From positions 24,751 to 88,750 of the IMG/VR virus record IMGVR_UViG_3300037420_000928: 64,000 nt of DNA; one strand, 5' to 3'. Source of the DNA: a virus. Below the pieces are notes generated by a model that worked only from the letters and a program-made list of their open reading frames with translations, was not told where the DNA came from and made no database searches. The position numbers and the translations under genes were made by a program. This document shows positions 52,637-61,495 of the stretch, in pieces (within the stretch, counting starts at the first letter, position 1; each line of letters begins with the position of its first letter).

Positions 52637-52867
52637 ATGAAAGATGTAGCCGTAGAACGTCGGCTGACAGGTAAGACTGTCACTGTCGCATGGCCGAACG
52701 ACCTTGTCACCCAGCACCCGGAAGAAGAGTTCACGCCAGGAACACTTTTCGACAACGGTTCGATCAGCACCATGGATGTGATCATGCATCGCCCTGTTCC
52801 GGTTGAGGGTTACGAGTTGGACCCAGACTTGCAACACGGGTGTTATCGGGCAAGGGTGAGCGGATGA
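52637..52867 (+). CDS. Hypothetical protein
   Basis: AAGGA RBS; 76 aa. Confidence 0.55.
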   Translation: MKDVAVERRLTGKTVTVAWPNDLVTQHPEEEFTPGTLFDNGSISTMDVIMHRPVPVEGYELDPDLQHGCYRARVSG

Positions 52868-54261
52868 CTAACATCGCTCGATACATGATGACGGAGCCTC
52901 CATTGGTGACCGGCAGCATGGCCGTCTATCCCTACAGTTATGCACTGGAGAGGAAGTTTCGGTTCACCACGCGCTTCGATGACCCAATCGAGCTATTCAG
53001 GCGGGAGGGTGATTACATCCATCTGCCTCGGGCGGTCTGCCCCATCGGGGAGGTCGACAATCGGATACAGGGTGAAAAGGTTCTCTTCCCTAAGTGCCCT
53101 ACCCCTCGGCCGAACCAAGTCAAGATGTTCAAGGACGTCAAGGAATTCATCAGCCAGGAACTATCCGGCGTGGCGGTGGCACAGACAGGCTTCGGCAAGA
53201 CGATCCTCGGCTATCTCGCGGCTTATACGCTGCAGGTAAAGACGCTGGTCATCACGACCAAGGAGGACATTTTCGAGCAATGGATCGACGGTGCCTGTGG
53301 ACGCAAGAGCCAAGCCAACCCCGGGGGTATGAACTTCCTCGGGCTGGAATGGGAAGAGGTCGGGGAGATCAGAGGCGACAAATGCCAAGTCGTCGGAACC
53401 AAGTTCTGTGTGGCGCTCGTGCAATCGCTTTGCAAGGAAGGGCGTTACCCGGACTGGATCGGGGATGATTTCGGGCTGGTCATCTTTGACGAATGCCACC
53501 GGATGCCCGCCGACTATTTCAAGACGGTGCTGGAGAAATTCGGCGCCAAGGTCAGGATGGGATTGTCAGCGACACCCGACCGCAAGGACGGTAAGGAAAT
53601 CTTGCTTTACACTCATGTGGGGCCGATCAGGGCGCAGGATGAAACCGAGAGCCTGACCCCGAAAGTCTTGCGCTACATGACCGGCTGGGAGTGCCCAAAA
53701 CGGTACATGATCGATGAAGACACTGGACATAAGACTTGGCGTAAGATACCACATACGGCGGGCAAAACGACCCACATTGAGAAGATGTTGGCAGAAGACC
53801 CCGCAAGGAATGCGATGCTTCTGAATGCCATTGTCGAGTGCCGCGAAGCAGGGAGATCAACTGTCGTTTTTTCCACGCTGATCGAGCATCTTCAGTTGCT
53901 GGAGCAAGCGTGCAACAAATTGCACAAAATCCCTTTCAAGGACATGGGGCTTTACAAGTCTGAGGGGACGAAGGAGGGCAAGGCAGAAAGAGAGCGCGTT
54001 AAGACACGACCAATCATTTTCACCACCTATGCCATGATGTCGGAAGGGACCAACATTCCATGGCTGGACACGGCGATCCTGGCAATCCCGCGATCGGATG
54101 TCCGGCAGGCGGTGGGGAGAATTAGACGAGAGTACGAAGAGAAGAAGTTTCCCGTAGTCCTCGATTTCATGGACCTGGACAGTCCGGTTTTTTATGGCTA
54201 CGCGAATAAACGCCGCGACTGGTACAAATCCATCGGGGCGGAAGTAGTGGAAATGAGTTGA
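52864..54261 (+). CDS. Superfamily 2 helicase (UvsW / T5 D10-like)
   Basis: PRPNQ, AQTGFGKT, VIFDECH, GLSATPDRKDG, SEGTNIP, QAVGRIRR. Confidence 0.88.
   Translation: MTNIARYMMTEPPLVTGSMAVYPYSYALERKFRFTTRFDDPIELFRREGDYIHLPRAVCPIGEVDNRIQGEKVLFPKCPTPRPNQVKMFKDVKEFISQELSGVAVAQTGFGKTILGYLAAYTLQVKTLVITTKEDIFEQWIDGACGRKSQANPGGMNFLGLEWEEVGEIRGDKCQVVGTKFCVALVQSLCKEGRYPDWIGDDFGLVIFDECHRMPADYFKTVLEKFGAKVRMGLSATPDRKDGKEILLYTHVGPIRAQDETESLTPKVLRYMTGWECPKRYMIDEDTGHKTWRKIPHTAGKTTHIEKMLAEDPARNAMLLNAIVECREAGRSTVVFSTLIEHLQLLEQACNKLHKIPFKDMGLYKSEGTKEGKAERERVKTRPIIFTTYAMMSEGTNIPWLDTAILAIPRSDVRQAVGRIRREYEEKKFPVVLDFMDLDSPVFYGYANKRRDWYKSIGAEVVEMS
53911..53924 (+). promoter_or_regulatory. Dispersed palindrome copy TGCAACAAATTGCA (in helicase CDS)
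   Basis: Exact match. Confidence 0.7.
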
Positions 54262-54284
54262 ACCCCAACTAAGGAGAACCCATT

Positions 54285-54728
54285 ATGGGTATCGTTTTTA
54301 CTAAGAAGGCCGAGCCCACCAAGGCAACGCCCGAAACCAAGGCGGTGACGAAGGCCGCCCCGGAAGCCAAGCCGGAAGCCGTTTCGAAGAAGAAGCTTAG
54401 CGGCGTCACCACCTCCCCGAAGACGGCGCAGGCCTCCGTCAACGTCGAGAAAAAGAACAACAAGACCAAGGAAGTCGAAACCCTGGTCAACGAGGTCGAG
54501 GACACGGGCATTCCCATGGCTATCGGCGCCATCTCCCAGAAGCCGGTCATCGGCTATAACTTCGGCTTCACCATGAACGCGGGCGAGTTCCAGTCCTACC
54601 GCGCCCAGGTGCACCTGTCGATGCCGGTGGACGAAGGCGAGGACATCAACGAAGTGTTCTCAACCATGAAGGACTGGGTCGACGCCAAGGTTCAGGCGAT
54701 CGGAACTTCCCTCCAGGAAGCGGAGTAA
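54285..54728 (+). CDS. Hypothetical protein with a K/A/P-rich N-terminus
   Basis: AAGGAG RBS; C-terminal alpha/beta domain. Confidence 0.7.
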   Translation: MGIVFTKKAEPTKATPETKAVTKAAPEAKPEAVSKKKLSGVTTSPKTAQASVNVEKKNNKTKEVETLVNEVEDTGIPMAIGAISQKPVIGYNFGFTMNAGEFQSYRAQVHLSMPVDEGEDINEVFSTMKDWVDAKVQAIGTSLQEAE

Positions 54729-54733
54729 CAGAC

Positions 54734-54994
54734 ATGAGCGATCTCCTGAAGCGACCCGGCCGTGTCTACGTCTCCCGCTCTCTGATCGAAGAGAATGCCG
54801 AAACCATCCAGGGCATTCTTGGCGCCCTGCTGATCGTGGAGGCCCGCCCACGGTTCGTCACCAATGACGTCGAATACATCGGCTACTCGGAGCAGTTCGA
54901 AGAGCAGGACGACGGCAACGTCATCCCGGAATACACGATCAATGTCACCCAGGAAGGTGACGACATCTCCGTGGAATTCGTGAAGGAAGACTGA
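54734..54994 (+). CDS. Hypothetical protein
   Basis: 86-aa acidic ORF in operon context. Confidence 0.65.
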   Translation: MSDLLKRPGRVYVSRSLIEENAETIQGILGALLIVEARPRFVTNDVEYIGYSEQFEEQDDGNVIPEYTINVTQEGDDISVEFVKED

Positions 54995-56163
54995 TGGCCA
55001 AGACGCTCCTCTTCAAGAAACTGGCTGAGGCAGCCCCGAAGGTTACTGTGAAACCTGAACCGGCTGCCAAGGCACCCAAGCCAGAGAAAGTTGAAGTGCC
55101 AGCTTCTGCGATCCTGACGGGGGCGACCGCCGCTCTGGCCAAGTCGTTCGCCAAGGAATATGGCAAGGAGATCGGTTCTTGGGGAGGGCGTCTTGTCAAC
55201 ACCGACCGCATTCCCACCGGGATATTCGAGTTTGACCTGACCACTGGGGGAGGTTTCCCCCGGGGTCGCTGCTCGATCATCTACGGACCTGAAAGCTCCT
55301 GCAAAACCAATCTGGCCTATCTTGCCATTGCGTGGCACCAAAGACTTTGGCCTGATCTCGTATGTTCCTTTGTTGATATTGAACACTCATTCGATCCCAT
55401 TTTCGCCGCTAAGTTCGGCGTCCAAATCGACAAGCTCTATGTGGCTGAACCCCTCCTGGCCGAACAAGCGGTCAATGTGGTGGAAGCGCTCCTGTCTGCA
55501 GAAGATTGCGGCCTCGTGGTGGTCGACAGCCTCGCGGCCCTGGTCACCACCGGGGAATTCAAGAGCGATGCGGAAAAAGCCAATGTCGGTGGCTCCTCCA
55601 ATCCGATTGGCAAGATGTACCGCAAGACCTCTCTTGCCATGGGATCAGCCTCGGCTGCCGGCCGGAGCCCCACCCTGATCTACATCAACCAGACCCGCTT
55701 CAAGATCGGCGTCATGTTCGGGGACCCGGAGACCATGCCGGGCGGCAATGCTCCCCGCTTCCAGGCCTCGCTCTGGGTTCGCGTTTACGGCAAGAACATT
55801 GTCGACCCAAAGGTCAATCAGGACCTGCCGGTGCGCAAGAACGTCAAGATGATCATCAAGAAGTGGAAGGTGCCGATCTACGCCTTGAACTGCGAATTCG
55901 ATATGGCGATGATCTCTCATAACGGCTTCCGGGTCGGAGAGAGTGACAGCTACGATCTGGTCAAGACCCTGCTGGAGCAGAAGGGGCAATTCGCCAAAGT
56001 CGCGAAAGGCTACGACATCCTAGGGCAATCGTGGGAGACGGAGAAATCCTTCAAGGAGTTCTGGCGAACCAACACCGATTTCGCTATGAACATCAAGACC
56101 CAACTGATACAGGAAGCCGTGCTGGCCACACTGGTAGAAGCGGAGGGCGATCTTGGGCTCTAA
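54994..56163 (+). CDS. recA: RecA/UvsX-like recombinase
   Basis: IPTGIFEFDLTTGGGFPRGR, IYGPESSCKT, FVDIEH, VVVDSLAAL, INQTRFKIGVMFGDPETMPGGNA. Confidence 0.9.
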   Translation: MAKTLLFKKLAEAAPKVTVKPEPAAKAPKPEKVEVPASAILTGATAALAKSFAKEYGKEIGSWGGRLVNTDRIPTGIFEFDLTTGGGFPRGRCSIIYGPESSCKTNLAYLAIAWHQRLWPDLVCSFVDIEHSFDPIFAAKFGVQIDKLYVAEPLLAEQAVNVVEALLSAEDCGLVVVDSLAALVTTGEFKSDAEKANVGGSSNPIGKMYRKTSLAMGSASAAGRSPTLIYINQTRFKIGVMFGDPETMPGGNAPRFQASLWVRVYGKNIVDPKVNQDLPVRKNVKMIIKKWKVPIYALNCEFDMAMISHNGFRVGESDSYDLVKTLLEQKGQFAKVAKGYDILGQSWETEKSFKEFWRTNTDFAMNIKTQLIQEAVLATLVEAEGDLGL

Positions 56164-56512
56164 TCCATTCGATGACCGCCGTCAGAAACACGCCATAGGA
56201 CGATCGGGGCGTCTATCCGAAACCAGATTGGGGAAAACCTTCGGAGCGCGTCAGACCGCCGCCTCCGGGGCAATGGACGGCTTCAAGGGGGACATCACCC
56301 TGAACAAATTCCTGCTGGAAGCGAAATCGACCACCAATGATAGCATGGGGCTGAAATTCGAATGGCTGGTCAAGATCGCCAAGGAAGCGCAGCAGATTGG
56401 TAAACACCCAGCCCTATCCGTCAGTTTCGTCAAAGGCTCCGGGGAAGCGTTGCCGCGAGGGGATTGGGTCATGATCCCGGCGACCCTGTTCAGGGAGCTT
56501 ACTGGGGAATGA
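56153..56512 (+). CDS. PD-(D/E)XK nuclease, Holliday-junction-resolvase-like
   Basis: SGA...KGDI...LLEAKST motif. Confidence 0.7.
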   Translation: MGSNPFDDRRQKHAIGRSGRLSETRLGKTFGARQTAASGAMDGFKGDITLNKFLLEAKSTTNDSMGLKFEWLVKIAKEAQQIGKHPALSVSFVKGSGEALPRGDWVMIPATLFRELTGE

Positions 56513-57423
56513 GCAAGCATCTGAAGAAGTTCTCGGACACGCTGCCGAAGACGACGCTAAAGTTTCAGCTTCATAAATATTTGTCGACGTTCGACCCGCA
56601 CCGGGGGACGGATACCATCCACGCTTCTGAATTGACCAAGGAAGGGGGCCTGTGCCCCCGTTTCTATGCGATCAATTCCCAACTGGAAGGCGCCCTGCCG
56701 GAACGTTCGACCTCGACGTCAGAGAATGCCACCTGGGACATCGGACGGCTCTGGCAGGATCGGCTGGTCAACCATCTGTCCGACATCGGGATCGGGATCA
56801 GTAATTGGGTTTGTGCCAATCACAATTGCGGGCTGATGTATTATCACGGCCGACGGCCTCAGGAATGCGTCCAGTGCGGCTGCACGGCCTTCGAGCCTCG
56901 GGAGCCCAGGTTCACGTCCGCGAAGACTGGAGCCTCTTGTGGCACCGACACGCTGGTTCTTTTCCCGTCTGAGGACCTGTGGGAGATCGTGGAGATCAAG
57001 ACCATCGACGGAGAGGTGTTCAAGAAGCTGGCGGCACCATTGGCTGAACACCGGCTGCGGACCAATTTCTATCTGCGGATCGTGGCGGAGAGTGCCGACC
57101 CCGTGGCCAAGAACATCAACACCAAGAAGGCTCGCATCCTCTACACGAGCAAAGGCGGGTTCGGGGTCAAGGACGATGAAGTCAAGGGCTGGGGGCTCGG
57201 GGAGTTCTTTTCCCCCTTCAAGGAATTCGAGGTGACGAGGGATGACAAGGCAACCAACGACATGGCCAGACGGTCGAGGATCGCGCTGGAGTACAGCCAC
57301 GGCAAAATTGGCATGCCTTATGGTGTATGCGCTACTATGTTTGATGATCGCGCCAAGGCCTGCCCCCTCGCCAAAACCTGTTTCTCCGGTCAATTCCCTC
57401 CTAGCCATGAGTGGCAACCATGA
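56509..57423 (+). CDS. PD-(D/E)XK exonuclease, Cas4/RecB-like
   Basis: IHASEL...CPR, CGTD, IVEIKT, Q-motif equivalent, C-terminal C..CP...C cluster. Confidence 0.7.
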   Translation: MSKHLKKFSDTLPKTTLKFQLHKYLSTFDPHRGTDTIHASELTKEGGLCPRFYAINSQLEGALPERSTSTSENATWDIGRLWQDRLVNHLSDIGIGISNWVCANHNCGLMYYHGRRPQECVQCGCTAFEPREPRFTSAKTGASCGTDTLVLFPSEDLWEIVEIKTIDGEVFKKLAAPLAEHRLRTNFYLRIVAESADPVAKNINTKKARILYTSKGGFGVKDDEVKGWGLGEFFSPFKEFEVTRDDKATNDMARRSRIALEYSHGKIGMPYGVCATMFDDRAKACPLAKTCFSGQFPPSHEWQP

Positions 57424-57959
57424 GCATTAAACGCTGCATCGGGATCGACCAGTCTACCAAGGCGACCGGCGTGGTAATCTCTGAAGGGGACGTGCCCTCC
57501 CCACCTGAAGTCATCCACGACGTTCTGCTGAAGCCAAAGACCACCTTGGACCTGTACGACCGACAGACGTTCATGTGGGACAACATCATGCAGTTGATCG
57601 AGGACTATGCTCCCGAGATCGTCTGTATCGAAGGCTATGGATTGAACTTGCGGAAGCCGTCAGCCCTCATTCCCCTGGTAGGATTGGGAGAAGTTTTGCG
57701 GTTCCAAATGCGGGAAGCCAAGATACCGTTTATCTGCCCGACCCCGGCCGAGAACAAGATTTTTGCCACAGGCAACGGTAACACTGACAAGCCAGGGATG
57801 ATAAAAGCTGCGGCTGTCCACGGCTATGTCACCAAGGACGACAACATGGCCGATGCCTTCTTTCTCAGCAGGTTGGGGCTATGTTTCAAGCATTCTCTGC
57901 ATCGCCCGACAACTCAGCAAGTGGAGGTAATCGAAAATTTAAAGCAGATTGGAGGATAA
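57411..57959 (+). CDS. ruvC: RuvC-like Holliday junction resolvase
   Basis: IGIDQS, VCIEGY, KIFATGNGNTDK, DNMADAF. Start at 57411 or 57420. Confidence 0.78.
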   Translation: MATMSIKRCIGIDQSTKATGVVISEGDVPSPPEVIHDVLLKPKTTLDLYDRQTFMWDNIMQLIEDYAPEIVCIEGYGLNLRKPSALIPLVGLGEVLRFQMREAKIPFICPTPAENKIFATGNGNTDKPGMIKAAAVHGYVTKDDNMADAFFLSRLGLCFKHSLHRPTTQQVEVIENLKQIGG

Positions 57960-57964
57960 TCCCG

Positions 57965-57993
57965 TTGAAATAAATTGCACCAGCGCCTATGAT
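57965..57993 (+). promoter_or_regulatory. Sigma70-type promoter overlapped by a palindrome copy (57966-57979, TGAAATAAATTGCA)
   Basis: TTGAAA-N17-TATGAT. Confidence 0.7.
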
Positions 57994-58047
57994 CTTTCCC
58001 GACCCGACAAAACGATCCGGTCCCCACCATAGAAGGTATCCCACACA

Positions 58048-59247
58048 ATGGCATCAGCACTTAGCGCACTGAAGAAGGCGACCGGCGACAAGAAGACGCT
58101 GGCCGAAGAATTGAAGGCCGAAGCTCCGGCCCAGGAACCCGAAAGCGTCCAGTCTACCGAGACGACCGAAGCGCCCGAACAGGAAGCGGTCGAGATCGAC
58201 ATCGAAAAGATGACCGCCAAGGAAATCGACAAGCTGATTACTGACAACGGCTTTGACAAGATGGAAGGCTTTCCGGCCGACTGGAAGAAGTGGAAGAAGG
58301 ATCAGAAGGTTGCCTGGATGCAGGAGAACCTTGCCGCCTCCGACGATCAGCCGGCTGCCGAAGAAGCTGCGGCCGAAGCGCCGGTCATTGCCGAACCCAC
58401 ACCGGTTGAACCGGAACCCACCAAGCCGGCCAAGAAGACCGTCACCAAGAGCAAGAGCACGGCTATCGCCACTTCGTCGGTCAAGCATGGCGACGTCATC
58501 TCCCCCGATGACTTCTCGAATGCCGTTTCCGAGATCGAGAACCTGAAGGCCAAGGACGCCCTGGCGCTGGTCAAGCAACTGGCCGACGCTGGCGACGTGG
58601 CGATGTTCAAGCTCGGCGGCGTGCTGGAGCGCATTCGCACCGATGGCTGGTTCAAGGAACTTGGTTTCGAAACCTTCCGCCAGTATGTCGAAAACACCCA
58701 GGACGTCGGCTACCGCACGGCCCTGTACTGGACTGGCATCTACCGCAATCTGGTCAATTCCGGCATCGACTTCCATCAAGTGGCCTCGGTCAAATGGTCG
58801 AAGCTGAAGGAGATCGCGGAGGTCGTTACCAAGGAAAACGTCGAGTTCTGGGTGGAGAAGGCCAATAGCAATTCGATCGAGACCCTGAAGCTACAGGTGT
58901 TGAACTACAAGAAGTCCGGCTCCAAGCAGATCACCGACCAGCTTTCCGAGGCGCCGGAGAACATCATCACCACCATGCAGTTCAAGCTGCATTCCGACCA
59001 GAAGGAAAACGTCGACGCGGCCCTTGAAAAGGCCAAGGCGGAAGCCTCGACCGACGTCAATTCAGTGGCACTGGAATTCATCTGCCTCGCCTACAATTCG
59101 AACGCCGTCGCCTCCAAGCCGGTGCCGCAGAAGAGCATCATCGACATGATGAAGGAAGCCGGCATCGAAGAAGCGGCCCAAGCCCTGATCGACGCTTTCC
59201 CTGAATATCAATTCGAGGAAATCAAGGCGACCCCGGTTGAGGGTTGA
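58048..59247 (+). CDS. Hypothetical protein with an acidic/disordered N-terminus and a possible HTH-like DNA-binding core
   Basis: GFETFRQYVENTQDVGYRTALYWTGIY helix-turn-helix-like segment. Confidence 0.7.
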   Translation: MASALSALKKATGDKKTLAEELKAEAPAQEPESVQSTETTEAPEQEAVEIDIEKMTAKEIDKLITDNGFDKMEGFPADWKKWKKDQKVAWMQENLAASDDQPAAEEAAAEAPVIAEPTPVEPEPTKPAKKTVTKSKSTAIATSSVKHGDVISPDDFSNAVSEIENLKAKDALALVKQLADAGDVAMFKLGGVLERIRTDGWFKELGFETFRQYVENTQDVGYRTALYWTGIYRNLVNSGIDFHQVASVKWSKLKEIAEVVTKENVEFWVEKANSNSIETLKLQVLNYKKSGSKQITDQLSEAPENIITTMQFKLHSDQKENVDAALEKAKAEASTDVNSVALEFICLAYNSNAVASKPVPQKSIIDMMKEAGIEEAAQALIDAFPEYQFEEIKATPVEG

Positions 59248-59301
59248 CGAACGGATCGGTTACTGATAGACGAGAGATCGTTCTTTCAGGAGATCGCCTC
59301 A

Positions 59302-59315
59302 CGAAATTTGTTGCA
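59302..59315 (-). promoter_or_regulatory. Palindrome variant (reverse complement TGCAACAAATTTCG)
   Basis: Two mismatches to the core 14-mer; intergenic. Confidence 0.45.
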
Positions 59316-59333
59316 ACTTAGATCGTGAGCCAC

Positions 59334-59376
59334 ACGCCCTTGGAGCCAAACCCTGCGGTTCCAGGGGCGTTTTTTA
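59334..59376 (+). terminator. Rho-independent terminator
   Basis: ACGCCCTTGGAGCC / GGTTCCAGGGGCGT followed by TTTTT. Confidence 0.75.
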
Positions 59377-59377
59377 T

Positions 59378-59406
59378 TTGACACCGAGTGGCTATTTTCC
59401 TACTCT
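59378..59406 (+). promoter_or_regulatory. Sigma70-type promoter
   Basis: TTGACA-N17-TACTCT immediately after the terminator. Confidence 0.7.
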
Positions 59407-59474
59407 TTTCTCATAACCGAACCATCTCAAGGAGTGACGATGGGGGACGTTATGATCCAGAAAAGGATTGAAGA

Positions 59475-59789
59475 ATGTCAGCTTCACACGATTACTCGCG
59501 TATGGTGCTCAAGAGCCTCTGCGACAAGGCGGCGATGGAACTCTGCAGGCGCCTGCAGGCCGAGGATATGGGCTACAACACGCAGGACGACCTGCTGCGC
59601 CGCTATCAATCGCTTCGTGCATCCATCCATGCCATCGACACCGCCCCCGAGATCGAGCAGGACGGCCCGCCCCAGATCAAGGCGCCGGCCCAGGCTTCTG
59701 CATCGACGGCGATCTCCTCCACCGAGGAACCGGAAGCACCGCTGATGCAGCAGATGGAGCAGGAACTGACGCAAACTCTGTCCGAGTAA
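59475..59789 (+). CDS. Hypothetical protein
   Basis: Downstream of the 59378 promoter; the plausible frame among several overlapping ORFs. Confidence 0.55.
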   Translation: MSASHDYSRMVLKSLCDKAAMELCRRLQAEDMGYNTQDDLLRRYQSLRASIHAIDTAPEIEQDGPPQIKAPAQASASTAISSTEEPEAPLMQQMEQELTQTLSE

Positions 59790-59796
59790 CACGACG

Positions 59797-60234
59797 ATGG
59801 ATCAGCGGGTCGAGACACAAAGACGCGGGCGGAATAGGAACCGCACTCTTGAACGTTCCAAGCAGGAGCGGGGTCTGGAGAAAGCGCTTCGTCTTGGCCC
59901 GCTGGTTCGCAAAGAACGGAGCTACTGGTCTCCCTATCTGAAGAAGTTCTTCCATGCGGCGACGGTCGAGCGCTACAAGGCCGACCTGAACTGCCGAGAG
60001 GGAATATACGAGGCCATGGGGAAGACGCTGGTCGTGCTGCATCTAGCGGCCGAGACACCGACCAGAGCCCAACTGCTGCATCTATACACCGACGTCAACG
60101 CCCAGCTTTACCGGCTGCGACTAATCCGATATGTGCCGGTCCCCCTCCATCTGATCCGAGAGATCGAGAAGCTTGGACCGGTCAATGACGTAATTATCAA
60201 GCACCTCAGCCAGCTTGTGGGGATTACCGAGTGA
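59797..60234 (+). CDS. Hypothetical basic protein
   Basis: 145-aa ORF in operon context. Confidence 0.6.
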   Translation: MDQRVETQRRGRNRNRTLERSKQERGLEKALRLGPLVRKERSYWSPYLKKFFHAATVERYKADLNCREGIYEAMGKTLVVLHLAAETPTRAQLLHLYTDVNAQLYRLRLIRYVPVPLHLIREIEKLGPVNDVIIKHLSQLVGITE

Positions 60235-60818
60235 AGACGTTTTCCAAGGGAGAGAAGGCGGTCGCTACGGTCTGGGAGGACCGACGCCGGTATGTCATCA
60301 ACCAATTGTACAACATGCACACGAAAGGACTTAGCCCGTATTTAAATCTCTCTTATCTGGAGGAAATTAAGGGCTTGTCGCCCAGTTATTCAGAGATGCT
60401 TACTCCATTAACCACAACCACCAAGCCTTACAAGCTAAGCTTCCATATGAGCCTGAAACACGGGTACTACGAGTTTTATTGCGACTACCCGTGGATCATG
60501 GTTGAGCGCATTCAAGCAGGCTTGATACAGTACGTACTGGAAGAGCAGCCAGGGTATGTGCCCTCTCACTTTGGCATGCACGAGGGCTGTAAGGATGAAA
60601 TACGTGAGCATTTCACACACATTAGAAGCGAAGCGCTAACGAGCATCAATACCTACGGGCTGTTTTTCTGCCACATTTACCTGACCGGCTTCTTTCTCAC
60701 TTTACGCTATTTCAGGCGGTACACCCTGAAAGACGAGGACTTCCCTAAATATGCGATCCTCGCCACGCCCGCGAATTTTAGCTGGACGCAGTACGTGGTT
60801 GAAATTGGCAATTTATAA
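60231..60818 (+). CDS. Hypothetical protein, visibly AT-richer than its neighbours
   Basis: GTGA overlap with the previous stop; Tyr-rich. Confidence 0.55.
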   Translation: MKTFSKGEKAVATVWEDRRRYVINQLYNMHTKGLSPYLNLSYLEEIKGLSPSYSEMLTPLTTTTKPYKLSFHMSLKHGYYEFYCDYPWIMVERIQAGLIQYVLEEQPGYVPSHFGMHEGCKDEIREHFTHIRSEALTSINTYGLFFCHIYLTGFFLTLRYFRRYTLKDEDFPKYAILATPANFSWTQYVVEIGNL

Positions 60819-60967
60819 AAACTGTCTTGACTTCTATTGAAATTTTGTGGCTTAGATGATTTCATCATCAGGAGATGGACCAAATGGAATTGATCATCGA
60901 CGGTGGGAACAAAATCTGAGCCTAGCGGTTTCAAGGTTGCCCGCCACTATACTAAGAGGTAACCAAC

Positions 60968-61147
60968 ATGCTGAACTCGGAAATCAAAGCCCTTCAGGCC
61001 ACGGTCGATAAGCTGACCCTCGAAAAGAGGCAGCACCTTCCTTCCAGCCGGGAGGCAATCCGGCTATCCGACAAAATCAGGGCCTACGAAGCTGTCATGA
61101 ACCTGCCGGGTTTCATCGTGTATGCTACCCAGCAGAAAGCCGCCTGA
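60968..61147 (+). CDS. Small hypothetical protein (59 aa)
   Basis: Hand translated MLNSEIKALQATVDKLTLEK...QKAA; GAGGT RBS. Confidence 0.55.
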   Translation: MLNSEIKALQATVDKLTLEKRQHLPSSREAIRLSDKIRAYEAVMNLPGFIVYATQQKAA

Positions 61148-61175
61148 CTGACATTCAACTTGGGGAGGGACACCC

Positions 61176-61382
61176 ATGGCTGAAGCACCGCTCGATGCCG
61201 CCGAAATCAACAGGGAAGCTGCTATCGCCGCGCAGGTCTTCGTGACCGCGCTGGCGGAGCACATGCTGAGGGTCAACATCACTTACGAGTGCCCACGGAT
61301 GCGGGGCGCCGTCCACCGGGCGATCAGGGAACGGATACCCCAGACGCTCGATCTTGTCTTGCTGCCTCCAGAGCTTGCCTAA
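61176..61382 (+). CDS. Small hypothetical protein
   Basis: GGAGG RBS. Confidence 0.6.
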   Translation: MAEAPLDAAEINREAAIAAQVFVTALAEHMLRVNITYECPRMRGAVHRAIRERIPQTLDLVLLPPELA

Positions 61383-61396
61383 TGCAATTTGTTGCA
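61383..61396 (-). promoter_or_regulatory. Dispersed palindrome copy (exact core 14-mer on the minus strand)
   Basis: TGCAATTTGTTGCA, intergenic. Confidence 0.75.
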
Positions 61397-61428
61397 CTGG
61401 GAGCGGCGCTCTAAACGCGCCACCGCTC

Positions 61429-61456
61429 TTGCAAAAACGAGACCCCTGGCTATAGT
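61429..61456 (+). promoter_or_regulatory. Possible sigma70-type promoter
   Basis: TTGCAA-N16-TATAGT (GCTATAGT). Confidence 0.45.
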
Positions 61457-61495
61457 TTCGCACCACACGCGAAGCAACGTAGACAGGGGTTTTTC

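Noticed and set aside
53420-53434. TGCAA-TCGCT-TTGCA as another palindrome copy
   Set aside because: The spacer is 5 bp instead of 4 and GC-rich. The site at 42420-42433 was also left out as too degenerate.
59434-59941. Alternative ORFs 59434..59745 and 59468..59941
   Set aside because: They overlap 59475..59789 and 59797..60234 in other frames and have Arg/Pro/Ser-rich off-frame composition, although an AGGAG lies just before 59434-59440.
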